A stretch of 63,291 bases of DNA, filler included, from Octopus bimaculoides (lineage: Eukaryota): the NCBI RefSeq assembly GCF_001194135.2. It is 7 parts of 7 records of this genome, joined end to end, with 100 filler letters (N's around TTAATTAATTAA, not from the genome) between each part and the next. Parts side by side here need not be neighbours in the genome. Positions count along the whole stretch, not along the records: positions 15,051 to 28,585 come from NC_068990.1; positions 28,686 to 54,503 come from NC_068995.1; 5 more parts are not named here. One strand, written 5' to 3'. Made by a program: the position numbers and the translations under genes. The notes below the pieces were generated by a model. The model did not search any database and had not been told where the DNA came from. It was given only the letters and a program-made list of their open reading frames with translations. How positions within the stretch are numbered: the stretch's first letter is position 1; every line of letters begins with the position of its first letter. Below, piece by piece: positions 25,602 through 40,115 of this stretch.

Positions 25602-26875
25602 TGTGTGTGTGTGTGAGTATATGTGTGTATGCTCGCGCTTGTATGTGCGTGTGTAAATATCTATAAATGCTAATACGTATACATATTAATTTTATGTATT
25701 TATGTCTATATGAATATATAAACGCATGTACGCCTATATATATGTGTGTGTGCGAGTGTGTGTGTGTGTATGTAATTCTACATATGTGTGCGTGAGGGTG
25801 TACTTGCATTTGTGTGTGTAATTTAAATACTCGACTGCGATAGCGGTAGCATGGGACTTAAGGTGTGAGGACGATGGTTCAATCTACATATCAAATATTT
25901 AGCAGCTCTCTCTCGCAAATATTCATTCCATTAAAGTCCAAATTAGATTACACACACAACTTTTTAAGCAGCATGCTGGCTAAGTGTGACACCAGTGATT
26001 TGCTAGTCATTGTCTTTTTCTATCAGTAGAAGATAAATGTACCTAAGAATACGGTTGCCAGTGGTTACTTACTACTGATGAGTATCAGCGAAACAGAAAT
26101 CTAGATTTAACAAATCCATCGCCGTTACTGGATGCTTTTCATCTACTAATGATATGTTTCTGAACTTTGAGGCTTTTAACAGTATACATATAAATAAAAT
26201 GTTTTCTCATGAGGATCGCCATCGTTTTCTGATATTCTAAAATATACGCTCGACAATTAAAATAGAATTATATATAATATCGTTGTTGCTTGTCCAAAGT
26301 AGCCACTTGCCTTTGTTCGAAGATTTTTATTTCCTCTCAAACATGTTCAACCTAACAAGGAATAAATAAAGTAGTGTTCCTTGTTTGGATGAGACTGATA
26401 AATATCAGAGGAATGTTTTTCCTTGCAGTCCCTTTTTTCTCACTTAAGATTTTAGTTGTATTTTGTACTTTTCTCATTTAATTTGGCTAACAAATAAAAG
26501 TTCAACTGAAATCAAATAAATTGATTTATGAGATAAAGTCTGGTAACCAAAAAAAAGAGTTCAAATTAAGCATTTAAATTGTTACTGAAGTACGTGTTTG
26601 TCCATTCTAATGTTTGGGGCTATATTAAGAGATCAATATTCATTATCATATGGATAACGAATATCTCATATCCGCCACCTTTACTTCATGATATCCATAT
26701 TTTCTGGATTGTTATTTCTTGCAAAATTTCATGAGACCCATATACCTTATGCCAAAAAGAACAACTGCGCAGTCGCATGACCTGCTTCTCTTACTAACCA
26801 AGGTTCTCTACGCCTGTGTTGTAAACATTAGTTAAGGTTGCCCCGTGCTTAAATCATTATTATTTTGATTATAAT

Positions 26876-26907
<32 letters not shown>

Positions 26908-27584
26908 GTCGTAAATAGCAGCAGCAGTAGTAGTAGCAGCAGTAGTTGTTGTTTTTGTTGTTGTCGTCGTCTTCAATGTTTGTTCAACGAAAGTTTCTTG
27001 TACATCGTGAGACAGGGTGATGATGTCCAAGACATATAGGAACCTATTGCTGTAAAGACTTCCCCGATTCACTGCCTTCGTTTTGAAAATAACCCACTAA
27101 AATTCTAGTTATCTTCAGATTATGTTACTTAAATAATGTTCAGTTTAGCTGAGATATTGAATTGACTTTATGTTTTACTTAGGAGAAAAAACTAAAGACT
27201 TCAATGTTGCTAACAAACACGATTTGTTGTGTTGCAAAAGTTTTGGAAAGATTTCCGATAATGAACGCTGACCATCTGACAATGTGTGACTGACAAGTGA
27301 GTAAGGGATTTTATAGATGGTCAAGTGAATTGCTAGAATCAGCAACAAACTCTTGCGCAACTTACATGCTAGTGTATTAAAAACAGCGGGGTACCTACTG
27401 ACACACAGGAAATAATAACTGTGAACATTTGTCACGTGTCTCCAAAAGAAAATTGAAAAATATACAAATCATTACACTGCACACAGAGAAAGAAACAAAG
27501 AAAAAACAGAATATTAACGTTATTAAAACGCATAATATTAGTAACTTGTACGAACTTAAAAGAAAATATGCACATTTATTTTCA

Positions 27585-27742
27585 CCCTTATGTTCTGAGT
27601 TCAAACTCCGCCGAGGTCGACTTTGCCTTTCATCCTTTCAGGGTCGATAAATTAGGTACCAGCTGCGTACTGGAGTCAATCTAATCGACTGGCCTCCTCC
27701 CCAAAAATTTCGGGCCCTGTACCTAGAGTAGAAAATAATATT
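27585..27742 (+). mobile_element. SINE family B (B2 tail), 5' truncated
   Basis: GAGTTCAAACTCCGCCGAGGTCGAC...TAGAGTAGAAAATAATATT. Confidence 0.85.
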
Positions 27743-28341
27743 TTATAATAACTAGTGGGGGTTTTTTTGTGATTTAAAATTCGTCCTGTTATGTAATGTA
27801 CAGCATCTTTCACCCCTCCCTTCGTCTTTGAATATCTTTTTTGTTTCACACCTCCACTTGTAATTTTTAAACTTTGGTGGCTAATGAAGGTTATTATTTC
27901 CGGTATTGTTGTTGTTGTTTTTGCTATTGCCGTTATTATTTTTGATTTGTTATTATTGTTTATTTTTGCCGCACATGCAAGCGTTCACAGAATTACGCTT
28001 GAGTGGTAATCTCTTACAAATTTGCTTTATACAATTTGTTTTAACTAAGAAGTGGCTTCAGAATACTTGACATCCGCCCTTTCATCAGGGTCGAAGAAGA
28101 AGGCTCGTCACTAGACAACTTATTGTACAAATATTTTGGTAAAGGTCCATTGTATTTTGTTTGTTATTGATTCAGTATGAATAATTCTGCAGTAGTGGGA
28201 GAATTCGCTGGATACAAAGGAATAGTAGGAAATGCATCTCTCAGATGTTAGCGTTAACAGACAAACAGAGAAAACACACACACACATATGTATCAGGCTG
28301 AGTAAAAAGTAAACAACGTTTTCAAACACGAAATTCATCAC

Positions 28342-28374
<33 letters not shown>

Positions 28375-28494
28375 GTATAAAGATTTAGATTTAGATTCAA
28401 AATTGAATATGGTACTTATGTTTAGGCACCATAATATAGTATGGTATTATCCAAAAACCATTCTAAGAGCAAGGTGATCAAAAAATCAAAATAA

Positions 28495-28585
28495 GCAACA
28501 CGGATTTTAAAAATGATTGCATTACTTAAATAAATGGAGTAGCATGAAACGTGCGTACTGCAATCATCTTTAAAATCCGTGTTAC
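28495..28585. repeat. 31-bp inverted repeat (hairpin), probable tiny MITE
   Basis: 28495-28525 matches the reverse complement of 28555-28585 at 28/31 positions, with a 29-nt spacer. Confidence 0.75.
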
Positions 28586-28629
28586 NNNNNNNNNNNNNNN
28601 NNNNNNNNNNNNNNNNNNNNNNNNNNNNN

Positions 28630-28641
28630 TTAATTAATTAA
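28630..28641. other. Artificial scaffold linker
   Basis: TTAATTAATTAA centred in a 100-bp gap. Confidence 0.9.
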
Positions 28642-28725
28642 NNNNNNNNNNNNNNNNNNNNNNNNNNNNNNNNNNNNNNNNNNNNCCATGTGGCTGGTAA
28701 AGAAGCTTCTTACCACATAGCCACT

Positions 28726-29005
28726 CGATGTAATCGACTCAATCCCTTTGTCTATCCTTGTTTCTCCCCTCTGTGTTTAGCCCCTTGTGGGCAATAAAGA
28801 AATAAGAAACCTTAGCACGTGGGGCGAAATGCTTAGCGGTATTTCGTCTGTGTCTAGGTTCTGTATTCAAATTCCGCCGAGGTCGACTTTGCCTTTCATC
28901 CTTTCGGGGTCGATAAATTTAGTACTAGTTGCGCACTAGCGTCGCTCTAAACGACTGACCCCTTCGCCAAAAATTTCAGGCTTTGTGCCTAGAATAGAAA
29001 AGAAT
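28726..29005 (+). mobile_element. SINE B dimer: B1 3' part fused to a headless B2 copy
   Basis: Junction GCAATAAAGAAATAA|GAAACCTTAGCACG; preceded by a family A head fragment on the minus strand (28686-28726). Confidence 0.88.
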
Positions 29006-32000
29006 GCGTGTAGAATACAACGGAGATGAACATTAAGAACATCAATATATCTCGTTTTGTTGTCTATATTCTGTCCCTCTTCACGTAAATAGTTAGAAGT
29101 CTTCACTTGCTCTGTCTGCTTTAATAATGTATCACTATCAATTTGATTTACGACCCCCATCAAAATACAAGATGACCTTTTGAATTATGAATACGCGAAG
29201 TAGCAAATTTTAAATTTGTATCAAAATCACATCGGTCAGAGTTTTGGCTGTAATCCCCCACCGACAGCGAATGAAAGAAATTCTAGAATCAACAAACTTC
29301 AATAGTCACCTTGACCAATGAAATTAAATAACCGATTGAGTCGGGTAGCGAAGGATCAGATTCGTATATATAAAATAACTGGAAATAGTTATTATGGAAA
29401 TAATTCTAAAAGACTAAACCTAATCTTTGCTAATCACTTGTATTTCTTCCTTAAATTAAAGTTGTACTTGAATCTTAGCTTCTCAAATAACGTAAGTTTC
29501 TTTTAATGCTTACCCTCTGTGCTGAGTAGTTCAATAATTTTTTGCGCTATTTTGTGAAACTGCATGGCTTCCCAAATAAAAGTGTTTTAGTTACATGTTC
29601 ATCTTTAAAATTCTTTGTCTTCGATCGATTTTTTTACAGAAATATTTATGTTTGTGTGTAGAACATATTCGATTTTTATGTTAAATGTATGTTTACGCTA
29701 AATTCCGTTTTCTGATGTTGTCACGAACAGATGTTACGCACTGTAGTAACCTAAACGTACTTCTAGTACCAAATAATTAAAATCAAATATCGCAATTACA
29801 TGAAATAGAAATTCGGATAAGGATTTTTTTCATATTCTAAATGCCAATGTAGAGTCTGATAATATGTCTACATCCACATACACACGAAATATCATAAAAA
29901 AAATAAACCTGGGCCCAAGTCACTCTACAATGTACGATTTCGACCGGAAATAATTACTTGTGTTTCACATTTAATACTACGAATTTATCACGCTCGAAAC
30001 ACAATTTCCAATAAACTCTACTCCACCTACTTGGTAAAGAAGTTCTTCAGATATAGAAATGCATTGCAGAAGATGTCTTGCCGAAATTTGTTGGCTTCGA
30101 AACCCATATGATTTATGAAATAAGTAATTTCGTTCAAGAGGCAATATATATTGCGGTCAGTGAAATGTATAGTCATAATTTGGTTATGTTGACGATGAGG
30201 ATGATGATAAAGACGTGGAGGAGGAGGTGTAAGTAGAGAAGAAGGAGGGAGTGAAGGATGGGAAGCAGCAGCAGCCGCAGCAGCAGCAGCCGCAGTATTG
30301 GTGGTAGTAGTAGTAGTAGTGCCGGTGGTGTCGAGTGGTGGTGGAGGAGATGGTGGCGGCGATGGTACGTGTGATGGTTGTGATTGTTAGTGGTAATATC
30401 TTTGTTGTTGTTGGTGCTGCTGTTGGTGGTAATGGTGGTGATAAGAATGATGTTTTCGGTAGTGATTATGATTATTACGTCTCTACTCCAATACCGTTCC
30501 TCGTCGTTTTGGTGCAACCGATATGTTTCATGTTGCTACCGTTTCTGCTCATAGGATAGAAATCTATTATTCCTGAAACTGAGATTACCATTTGTAGACG
30601 TGGGACTGGAGTAACAAGTAGAAAGCAAGGTAAAAATAACAGAACGAAATACTTTAATGGGAGAGGAATAATCTGTTAATGATAAAGATTATAGAAGAAT
30701 GAAAAAAAGAGGGGATGGGAGAAACAGGCTTGACATAATTCCCAACTAACCTTCACACACACAGACACGCACGCATAAAAGTTTACAAAACAAAAATAAA
30801 TGAACAGAAATGAAAATGAAAAACATTTGGATGTTGCCAGATGAAGAACAGAAACAGTTATGAATAAAGAAGTGGCTAAACAATGGATTGTGCAGAATGT
30901 TGAAATCAAAAATAGAGACACGACGGAAGATCGAGACTTGAATATTATGAATTATGGGAAAACAATACCAACATCTAATGACAGAGATAAAAAGTCAAAG
31001 TGTGAAAGCAACAGCGGGAAAAGATTTATTTCTCAATGCTTAAGAATGTTTGATCCAAACATATTATTTCGGTTTCATAAACCGAAATATATTGTGTATG
31101 CCTAAAATTCTTAATGGGTGAAAAGCTGACTTGCACTCTGGCTTAACGGAAACNNNNNNNNNNNNNNNNNNNNNNNNNNNNNNNNNNNNNNNNNNNNNNN
31201 NNNNNNNNNNNNNNNNNNNNNNNNNNNNNNNNNNNNNNNNNNNNNNNNNNNNNNNNNNNNNNNNNNNNNNNNNNNNNNNNNNNNNNNNNNNNNNNNNNNN
31301 NNNNNNNNNNNNNNNNNNNNNNNNNNNNNNNNNNNNNNNNNNNNNNNNNNNNNNNNNNNNNNNNNNNNNNNNNNNNNNNNNNNNNNNNNNNNNNNNNNNN
31401 NNNNNNNNNNNNNNNNNNNNNNNNNNNNNNNNNNNNNNNNNNNNNNNNNNNNNNNNNNNNNNNNNNNNNNNNNNNNNNNNNNNNNNNNNNNNNNNNNNNN
31501 NNNNNNNNNNNNNNNNNNNNNNNNNNNNNNNNNNNNNNNNNNNNNNNNNNNNNNNNNNNNNNNNNNNNNNNNNNNNNNNNNNNNNNNNNNNNNNNNNNNN
31601 NNNNNNNNNNNNNNNNNNNNNNNNNNNNNNNNNNNNNNNNNNNNNNNNNNNNNNNNNNNNTATATATAATTAATTTTTCTCTTTCATGTTCTGTATATGT
31701 TTTCTTTTGTTTTTGTTAATTCTATCCTCAAACATGTCTTTTCAATGTTACCCTCAATTTTTCTATCTATCTCTCTCTATACCATTCTATAGCTACTTTG
31801 CGGTCTATATCTCCCTATTTCACTTTCTCCCCGTAGCCGTATGGTATATTAGGGAAAATTCTCTCCTTTGCAAGTATTTCGATAATGTCCACTGCTTCAA
31901 GAGAGCTTATCGAAAATCTCCTTTCAACTTATATCCTCACTTGCGGCGGCAGTGTTTATATATGTGCTTTTATTTCTGAAAATTTTGGTCATAGTTCCTG

Positions 32001-32975
32001 ATCTCTGCTCTTTCCAATGTAGTGGAATTATTCTTGCTCTTCGATTCATTAAAAATTCCAATCATTTTTGCCATAAGCATTTTCGGTTTACAAATATTAC
32101 CGGTTATGATTTTAAGCATGAAATTCATCTGTCGCTCATAAAGCAATTATTCAAAAACCCAGAATTGTTTCAAATGTTATGCCTCACAATATACAAGAAT
32201 CCTTACTGGAGACACAATATAGTTAATGTAGTAACCCAAAAATAACCAGACAACACGTTCGTTCTGAACCAACACTACCACCGTATAGAGTTCATTTCAA
32301 GCATACAGTAGGGTAGATCACTTACATCTGCCGAGCTGCCAATGCTAAACATTGAAGCATTCAAGAATGCTTTTATTTGACGAAACTTTCTCCGGTTTGT
32401 TAAACTGATTTACCACTGTGGCAGAATTTTTGCCCCACAAATCACTGACTATTGTTTCTAAAGCATTTTCTGCCCCCACCCTGAAATACTGAGTTTTCTA
32501 TAACATCTAACTGATTGAGGTACTTTTATCATCTAGTGGTTTTCATTATGTCTCTCAACCTTAGTCACAACACTAACCGCTTGTCGTGCCGGGACCACTC
32601 AGCCATAGAACGTCATTTTTTGGGAAATCTTTCTTTGCCCACTTGTTTTAGAATGACAGCTTGTGAATGTTTAGATAGAACATCACTGGAGCCAATATAA
32701 CCCAACCTGATAGACATCAAAGTTTAGGGACTTTATCTGGCATCCTGATAAAGTGAAAGGAAACGGTTGTTAGAGAGTGTTCGTAAATGTTAAAGCTAGC
32801 TTTTGACGTTTACCGACTTATCACCTGCGATTTCTTATTTAATGACTCCACTATCTGTCTATGTTATATCTGACGATGGTTTGTTATCAAAGACGACAAT
32901 TATGGTTTTAATTACAAGATTAGTTGTTCAATGAAGATAGATACACGTTTTAAAATAAATCAGCCTTCCAAACCA

Positions 32976-33331
32976 ACCATGCTAGGACACCACCTTGGAG
33001 CGTTTTAGTCGAACAATCAACCCCAGGGTTTATTTTTTATATCTAGTACTTATTCTATCGGTCTCTTTTGACGAACCGCTAAGTTACGTGACGCAAACGC
33101 ACCAACACCGGTTGCCAAGCACTGATGGGGGGGTGCAGACACAATACAAATTCCCACACACAGATATATACAAATATATAGAGACACGACAGGTTTTCGT
33201 CAGTTTCCGTCTACCAAATCTACTCACAACGCTTTGGTCGGCCCGAGGCTATAGCAGAAACACTTGCCCAAGATGCCATGCTGTGGGACTGAACCCAGAA
33301 CCATGTGGTTGGGAGGCAAGCTCCTTACCGC
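32976..33331 (-). mobile_element. SINE family A, near full length, diverged
   Basis: Head, CORE-like block and 3' half are all recognisable. Confidence 0.85.
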
Positions 33332-35253
33332 ATTGTCGCGACTATGCTTTCATAGGAAGGAAAACCGACTTTTTCCATAAAAAATAAGTGAAAGATTGTA
33401 CATATGTTTAACCGGATATTCACTGCGTTATGGAAACGAAAGTATATGGAAGGTGAGCGGTGCCAAGCACATTCCCTGTTCATTTCCATGTGAAATATAT
33501 TAAGTTGATTGTCAACTCCCCTGATTATTATGAAGAGAAAAAATATAAAGAAAACCATTTGATGTAAATTACATGGAATAGAAATAAATGGAACGAAAGA
33601 AATCTGGAAATGAAGAAAGGAAGTAACAAGAAAATCTAATAAAAATAGTGAAAATGAAAGTAAAAATCTGAACTGAAATGAAAATTGAAAAGAAAAATGG
33701 TAGAAAATTATTAGTAGACGGGAAAATTGTCAAACAAATGGTAAAAAAAAAGCCAAGGAAACATTTGTTTTAAGTCTTTAGTTGAATAATATTTTATTTT
33801 ATATAATCTATTAAAATGTGTTTTATAGAATATAAAGAAAGTAATTACATAATTAAAGAAATAAATATGCAATAAACGCTTTTGTTTTATAAAACAGAGA
33901 GCATAAGGTGAAACAACTTTTGGTGAAGCACAATAAATAATTCAGAATTTTGCATCGAATTTCTTTTTCTGCCAGGTCGATGATATCTGCATTAACATTA
34001 GAATAGAAGACATGATGTCTTCCAGTATATAATCAATAACTGAATTGCAATAATTTTACTTTTGCTAATCTCTGAAGGAAATAATTACACAGCGAAACTT
34101 CTGGCTCCCCCTTACCTTAACATACGTTTTATTCTATGCGTTTGATTATGCCAATTTGTTGCTTTCAAATGAGAAAACATTATGATGGATCGAATGTTTT
34201 AACTAGCTTCGTTGGGTTGTATGGAAATACAAATGTTTAATTTTAACATTACATATTGAATCTGAATAGGATAAACAAATTCCACTTCATGACAGACACA
34301 ATGCTGAAAAGTTTCTTTAAACAGATACATTAAGAAATGCCTTCGTTAAGGCGCCACTCACTTAACGGTAACTACTATTTGCCTGCCATTTATTATTGAT
34401 AGCTAAAAACAATTGAAACAATGTAATCTAGATTGTCCATCAAGACGCAGAGAACAAAGGGTTTGAAGTAGATTTAAATACACAATCACAAAACGGATGT
34501 GTGCGTATGCATTAATTTTCTATTGCATACACAGCAATTCAACTATTTGTCGGGAGATTTCTGTGTTTTAGGCGTTTTATTTTCTATGGAGGAAATGTGA
34601 CATACCATCAATGTATTATCTCTGCTATTATTCAATAATAAATAATATTATATTGGAAATATTTCTTTTAACATTGTATTATAAGCTATAGACAAAGTTG
34701 ATCAGAGTCTATTGAATATATACTGCTAGATATTTTTTTTTTTTTGAGCACGACACGATGATCTTAAAACTTTATCAGAAGATGCAATTCTTACATTTCT
34801 ATTTGAAACTTGTCACAATAGCTAAAACATCAAAAGCAAAAATATTTCGCTTCAACATGAACAACACGAATAAAATAACATAGTTGCATCGTAAAAGATA
34901 ACTTTCTTTTATGACAGTATACTAAAACTAACTGTTTTAATAGTAATTCTGCCTTGAGTTATATTTTAAATTTTGTAACTATGTTGTCTTAATAATTTAC
35001 AATAGAAGCAAATGACTATTTCTAAATACCTCTCCTGTAGACAATCTTTCCATGATATACTTCTAAACTTTTACTCTATTTTCTCACCCATGCTTTTATC
35101 CTAACACATCTATTGCCCACTTCTACTTAGATGCTTCTTTCTATCTGTCACTCTTTCTCTCTCTTTCTATTTATTTATATATGTATCTCATTCTCTCTCT
35201 CTCCCTATCTTCCTATTTCACTCTCTCTCAGTATAAATAGCCATTCATATATG

Positions 35254-35287
<34 letters not shown>

Positions 35288-35302
35288 ATGTGTGTGTATA
35301 TA

Positions 35303-35378
<76 letters not shown>

Positions 35379-35461
35379 ATACAGGCACATATGAATTTAT
35401 ACATTTATATATGTGCATATATATATATATATATATGAGCACACGTGTTTGTATGTCTATG

Positions 35462-35519
<58 letters not shown>

Positions 35520-35871
35520 AGTGTATTATGGCTGTAGTTGCTTGTGATATTTGTATTATGTTGCGTTTCTATTTCTCAGCCTCCTATAAGTGAACTGAAA
35601 CGAAGTATATCAACCCTTGATACAAAACATCTCCTCTTTAGATGACAGCTGTCATTGATAACTTCTTATGCAACCTCAAACTTCCAGAACTTAACTGCTT
35701 TATACTACCTCGGAGATAAACAGAACGGAATATATTTCAAAATAAACAATATTTTTTCCACATTTATCTATTCTTACCTCATAAAAGTATCAACAGACAC
35801 ACACAAATATTTCTGTACATGCATACATACATACATATATGTACACATCCATACATAAATACATACATATA

Positions 35872-35905
<34 letters not shown>

Positions 35906-36054
35906 CATATATGCATACATACATATGCGTAACTATAAGAGCAACATAAAATTTCTGCGTTTGCACTTTAAAAATAAGGCAGTGAAGTGGTTTTGATTCT
36001 GAAGAATCCGATAAATTGAATGGTATATGTTCCGGTTGTCTTCTCACGTAGTTC

Positions 36055-36205
36055 AAATGCGACTGATGTCAACTCATCAGTCCACCATTTCGGAGTCAAT
36101 GCACAAATTACCAGCCCAGTGAAATAGCTGGTCGGAATGCTCAGATTGTTTGCTATTTCCCGGTTTCCAATGCGGAATTGTTTGATCACAACTTTTTTAA
36201 GGTAC
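36055..36205 (-). pseudogene. Mariner transposase remnant (HTH/linker region)
   Basis: KKVVIKQFRIGNREIANNLSI...LTPKWWTDE resembles mariner V..IV..NRR.TIREIA..L.IS...WVPK.LT. Confidence 0.45.
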
Positions 36206-36466
36206 GTTTTGTTTTTTGCATTCTGACAGCAACATCTGTAATGATATATACATACATACATACTTATATATATATATATATATATATNNNNNNNNNNNNN
36301 NNNNNNNNNNNNNNNNNNNNNNNNNNNNNNNNNNNNNNNNNNNNNNNNNNNNNNNNNNNNNNNNNNNNNNNNNNNNNNNNNNNNNNNNNNNNNNNNNNNN
36401 NNNNNNNNNNNNNNNNNNNNNNNNNNNNNNNNNNNNNNNNNNNNNNNNNNNNNNNNNNNNNNNNNN

Positions 36467-36500
<34 letters not shown>

Positions 36501-37039
36501 AAGCTATATAGGTCGTTGATTTTAATTTTGAGAGAATCGCTGATTCGCAGAATAGAGTTCTGCATACAAGAGCATCGGCAACGCTTTCCTTGAAATTTTA
36601 TCTGCGTAATTGCTTTGCCAAAGAACTTTCAGTGACACATCAGAAGCCATAGAGATGGTAGTGTCTTTTCTAGGTTTCTTTTTTATCTACCTATTTGCTG
36701 CTCAAGATTGCCTTAACTTACCTGCCACTTTTACCAACCTGTAAGATTTTTCACAGTCACAATGCGAAATAGAATCAGCTACAAGTAATCCGCTTTTCTC
36801 TTGCAACACACCTGACCCCGGGTGTCATTAATCTTTTTATCTACCATATAGCCTAAATTACTTTCTAGTTGGTCGGGCATTAGCTTTGACTCAACTAATG
36901 CCAACTTTCATGAAATCACACATTCCTCATTAACTCGATGCTACATATCGCCAAGTTAATTTCTCGATTTATAAATCTCAATGAAGCATAATAGATAACA
37001 ATTCGAACATGTGTATGATAACGAAACAATTTATGACTT

Positions 37040-37357
37040 AGGTAAGTGACTTCTAGAGCCTCAGGCTGATCAAAGCCTTGTGAGAGGATTTGGTAGACGA
37101 AAACTGAAAGAAAACCATAGTATATACGTAAATGAATATATCTATCTGTGTGTGTCATTATATCTGTGTTTGTCCTCCACCAACGCTTTACAATCGGCGT
37201 TGGTGTGTTTACGTCTCTGTAACTTAGCGGTTTGGCATATCATCGATAGAATAAGTACTAAGCTTTCAAAAATGTCCTGAGGTTGAGTTGTTCGACTAAA
37301 CCCCTCAAGGCGATATCCCAGTATGGCCGTAATCAAATGACTGAAATAAGTAACAGA
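37040..37357 (+). mobile_element. SINE family A, 5' truncated
   Basis: Body and tail match 17923-18351. Confidence 0.85.
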
Positions 37358-37945
37358 TAACAGAAAGATATCATTTAATATCATTTCGTTGTCGACAAGA
37401 CTCTTGGTTTCCTAATGTATTTGCTGTGACTCGATAGTCTTTGTACTTCAATTTTTGTATTAATGATATTGAAAGCTCTAACTTTTAGATGAATATTTCA
37501 GAAAAAAGTTATACTTAAAAAGATTGTTATTTCTTGACGCTTTTAGATGTTTTTGTTTCACACTGATTCCGCTGGGGAAACAATGTCAATTGATTAACGA
37601 CTGTTATCTCTCACAATACCTATACAGCTCCTAGCTGTCATAGTGACTACTTCTAGGGAGGGTTATGCCACGCAAGAACTGACTGATTCAAGCTACAGCC
37701 ATGACCGGCGAGTTTGCGACAATTATTATGTTCATTACAACTGTCATGGATAAATAGTTGTTCCTATATAATTGTTGTATGATGAAATGAAATCCCATCT
37801 CGCCTTTGTACTTTTATGTTGAACAAATTTTGATTAATGATGCATTTATATCGAAATAAAAACAGAATTAATAATTAGAAGTGACTTTTGATCTCGTGTG
37901 AGTTCAACCTTTTCAAACATGCTGATTGCATTCACTAGGCAAATA

Positions 37946-37995
<50 letters not shown>

Positions 37996-38981
37996 CACAT
38001 GTATGCATACATACGCACATATGTGTATGTATATTTATGTGTGTATGTATGTGTATCTATCAATAGATAGATAGATAGATAATGATATATATATTATTCA
38101 GGAGACAACAATGGATACGTTTGACAGATGTCAACGGCCCAAAACGTTCACTTAGGAGGAGATATATCTAGTTTACGGCAACACACACATACACACACCA
38201 ACACATAGACACGTACGCGCGTAAGCCTTAAGATATTAACTGGATTTCATCCAGCGATATGTCAAACCTCGGATTTAAATTATTATTGAATTTGTTTTGT
38301 TGTTCTTTTTTTTGTGCTGTTTTTTTGACATTTTTCTATGACTATTGATTTCTGCTCTAAATCATTTACATTTTACATTTGCATGCTAAAGAATTTCCTT
38401 TTAACCTGAAAAAATTTATTTCTACCATTTTGGCTCCCATTATCTCGCTCACCAACATAAATCGCACACATATACACACACAGAAACAAACACATACACA
38501 AACAAATGCATACACTCACCCACCCACATACAGATATACACCAGCACACACATGCATATATGTATATGTTTATCTAAATACCCAATCTTTTTCATGTGCC
38601 CACATTTATCTAGTTCACACTCATATACACTCACCGTTCACCTCCTTTGAGATATAGGAGCGGGAAGAGGCAAATAAGTGTGAATGGTATGAGGAAGTAG
38701 CGAACAGAGAGAGGAAGATATGACAGGAACAACGACCAACTTTTATTTTAAAATACCTGATAAGAAGGGAATAAACAGACGTAAAGACTATGAAGGAATA
38801 TATGTATATAGGAAGAGAAATTCGCACAGCAACAGTTTCCCTAGATGTTTCCTAGATAGGAGTATCATGTCATGACTTATATCAAAGATTGAAGTGACTA
38901 ACAATATGTTCTTACATGTTAAGGCGTAGATAGTCGATTTCATGACGCTAACCGACGAGATAGAGATTTTGTGATCGTACA

Positions 38982-39791
38982 TAAGAAGGGCGTTCATTGA
39001 AGGTCTCCTTTGACCAACTTCTCATTGAATGGGTTAAAAGAAACTTGGCATAATCGTTAGTTCTTCTCTACAGAGCCACTGCCATTCGTGACACACTTCT
39101 CTCATTGCTTTATGCAGTTGAGCAGAAGTCAGTAGTTGTGTCTGGAGCCATGACGTTGCATCATGCTTCCACTTCAAAAACAATTTCATGGTTGGAAACA
39201 GGTTGAAATCAGATGGTGCGGTATCGGTAAAGAGGATGAGGAAGGATTTCATAGACGCAGGGTTGTGTTTTCATACGGGCAACATGCACGTTGTGAATTG
39301 GGGCGTCGTCATGATGGAGCAAGACACCTTTGGTCAGCATTCCGCCTCTCTGCTTTGATGGCTTCCCGAAAATTCTGAAGCAGCGAAGCATAATTTGCCT
39401 AGTTAATTCTGGTGTCTTTTGCCAGAAAATCCATCAATATTCCGCGTTGGTCTCAAAACATTGTGAGCATCGCCTTTCCTACTGAGGGTTGGACACGAGG
39501 CCTCTTTGGAGATTGTGAGTTATGCTTCCACTGCTTCGACTGAACTTCAGTCTCAAGATCATAGTGATGAAACCATATTTTATCCTGTGTGATATGTCTG
39601 GCGAAAATGTCCTCTCCCTTTTCTTGACACATTGCCAAAAGAGCCTGGGATCAATTGACTCGTTCTTGCGGCTGAAAAGGTGTGAGCATCCGGGAAATCC
39701 ATCGCGCGGACAACTTCTCCACGTGCAAATGGTCACACGTGACCATATATATATATTATACATATATATATACATACACACACACAAACAT

Positions 39792-39835
<44 letters not shown>

Positions 39836-39836
39836 C

Positions 39837-39888
<52 letters not shown>

Positions 39889-40056
39889 TAGATAGATGAC
39901 AAACAATATAGACTGAAAATGGAAGACACGAGAAACTTTATTGCTCACACCGATCGGTTTGATCCATCCTGCATCGATGCTTCGTGACTCGGATACTGTG
40001 AAATTGACTGTGGTGCATCCCTCAGTGCACTGCGCCATGTTGTCAGTGGCCAAACA
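38982..40056 (-). mobile_element. Decayed mariner DNA transposon, internally deleted and split by a microsatellite
   Basis: TIR-like TAAGAAGGGCGTTCATTGAAGG at 38982, transposase remnant at 39057-39744, possible N-terminus remnant (MDQT...AIKFLV) at ~39925-39967. The outer 5' boundary is uncertain. Confidence 0.7.
39057..39744 (-). pseudogene. Mariner DD34D transposase pseudogene
   Basis: Motifs across frameshifts: KLSARWISRMLT (WVPREL), HITQDKIWFHHYDLETEVQSKQWKH (TGDETW.HHYDPE), GVLLHHDDAP (HDNA), EILPHPLY...DTAPSDFNLFP (PHPPYSPDLAPSD), ending GSVEKN*. Confidence 0.9.
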
Positions 40057-40080
40057 TATATAGAAAGAGATTTATTATTG

Positions 40081-40115
<35 letters not shown>

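Noticed and set aside
26075-26094. Hammerhead ribozyme core-like CTGATGA-GTATCAGC-GAAAC
   Set aside because: I could not build stem III with an NUH site or stem I, and CTGAT/ATCAG would pair and sequester the core. An Infernal search with hammerhead models would settle it.
28066-28095. Minus-strand CTGATGA...GAAG, Penelope-type hammerhead-like
   Set aside because: GAAG replaces GAAA and the stems are poor; at most a decayed remnant.
30860-31105. 81-aa ORF with a faint KCES.SGKRF zinc-finger-like word
   Set aside because: It lacks C2H2 spacing, has an upstream in-frame stop, and shows no splice or homology evidence.
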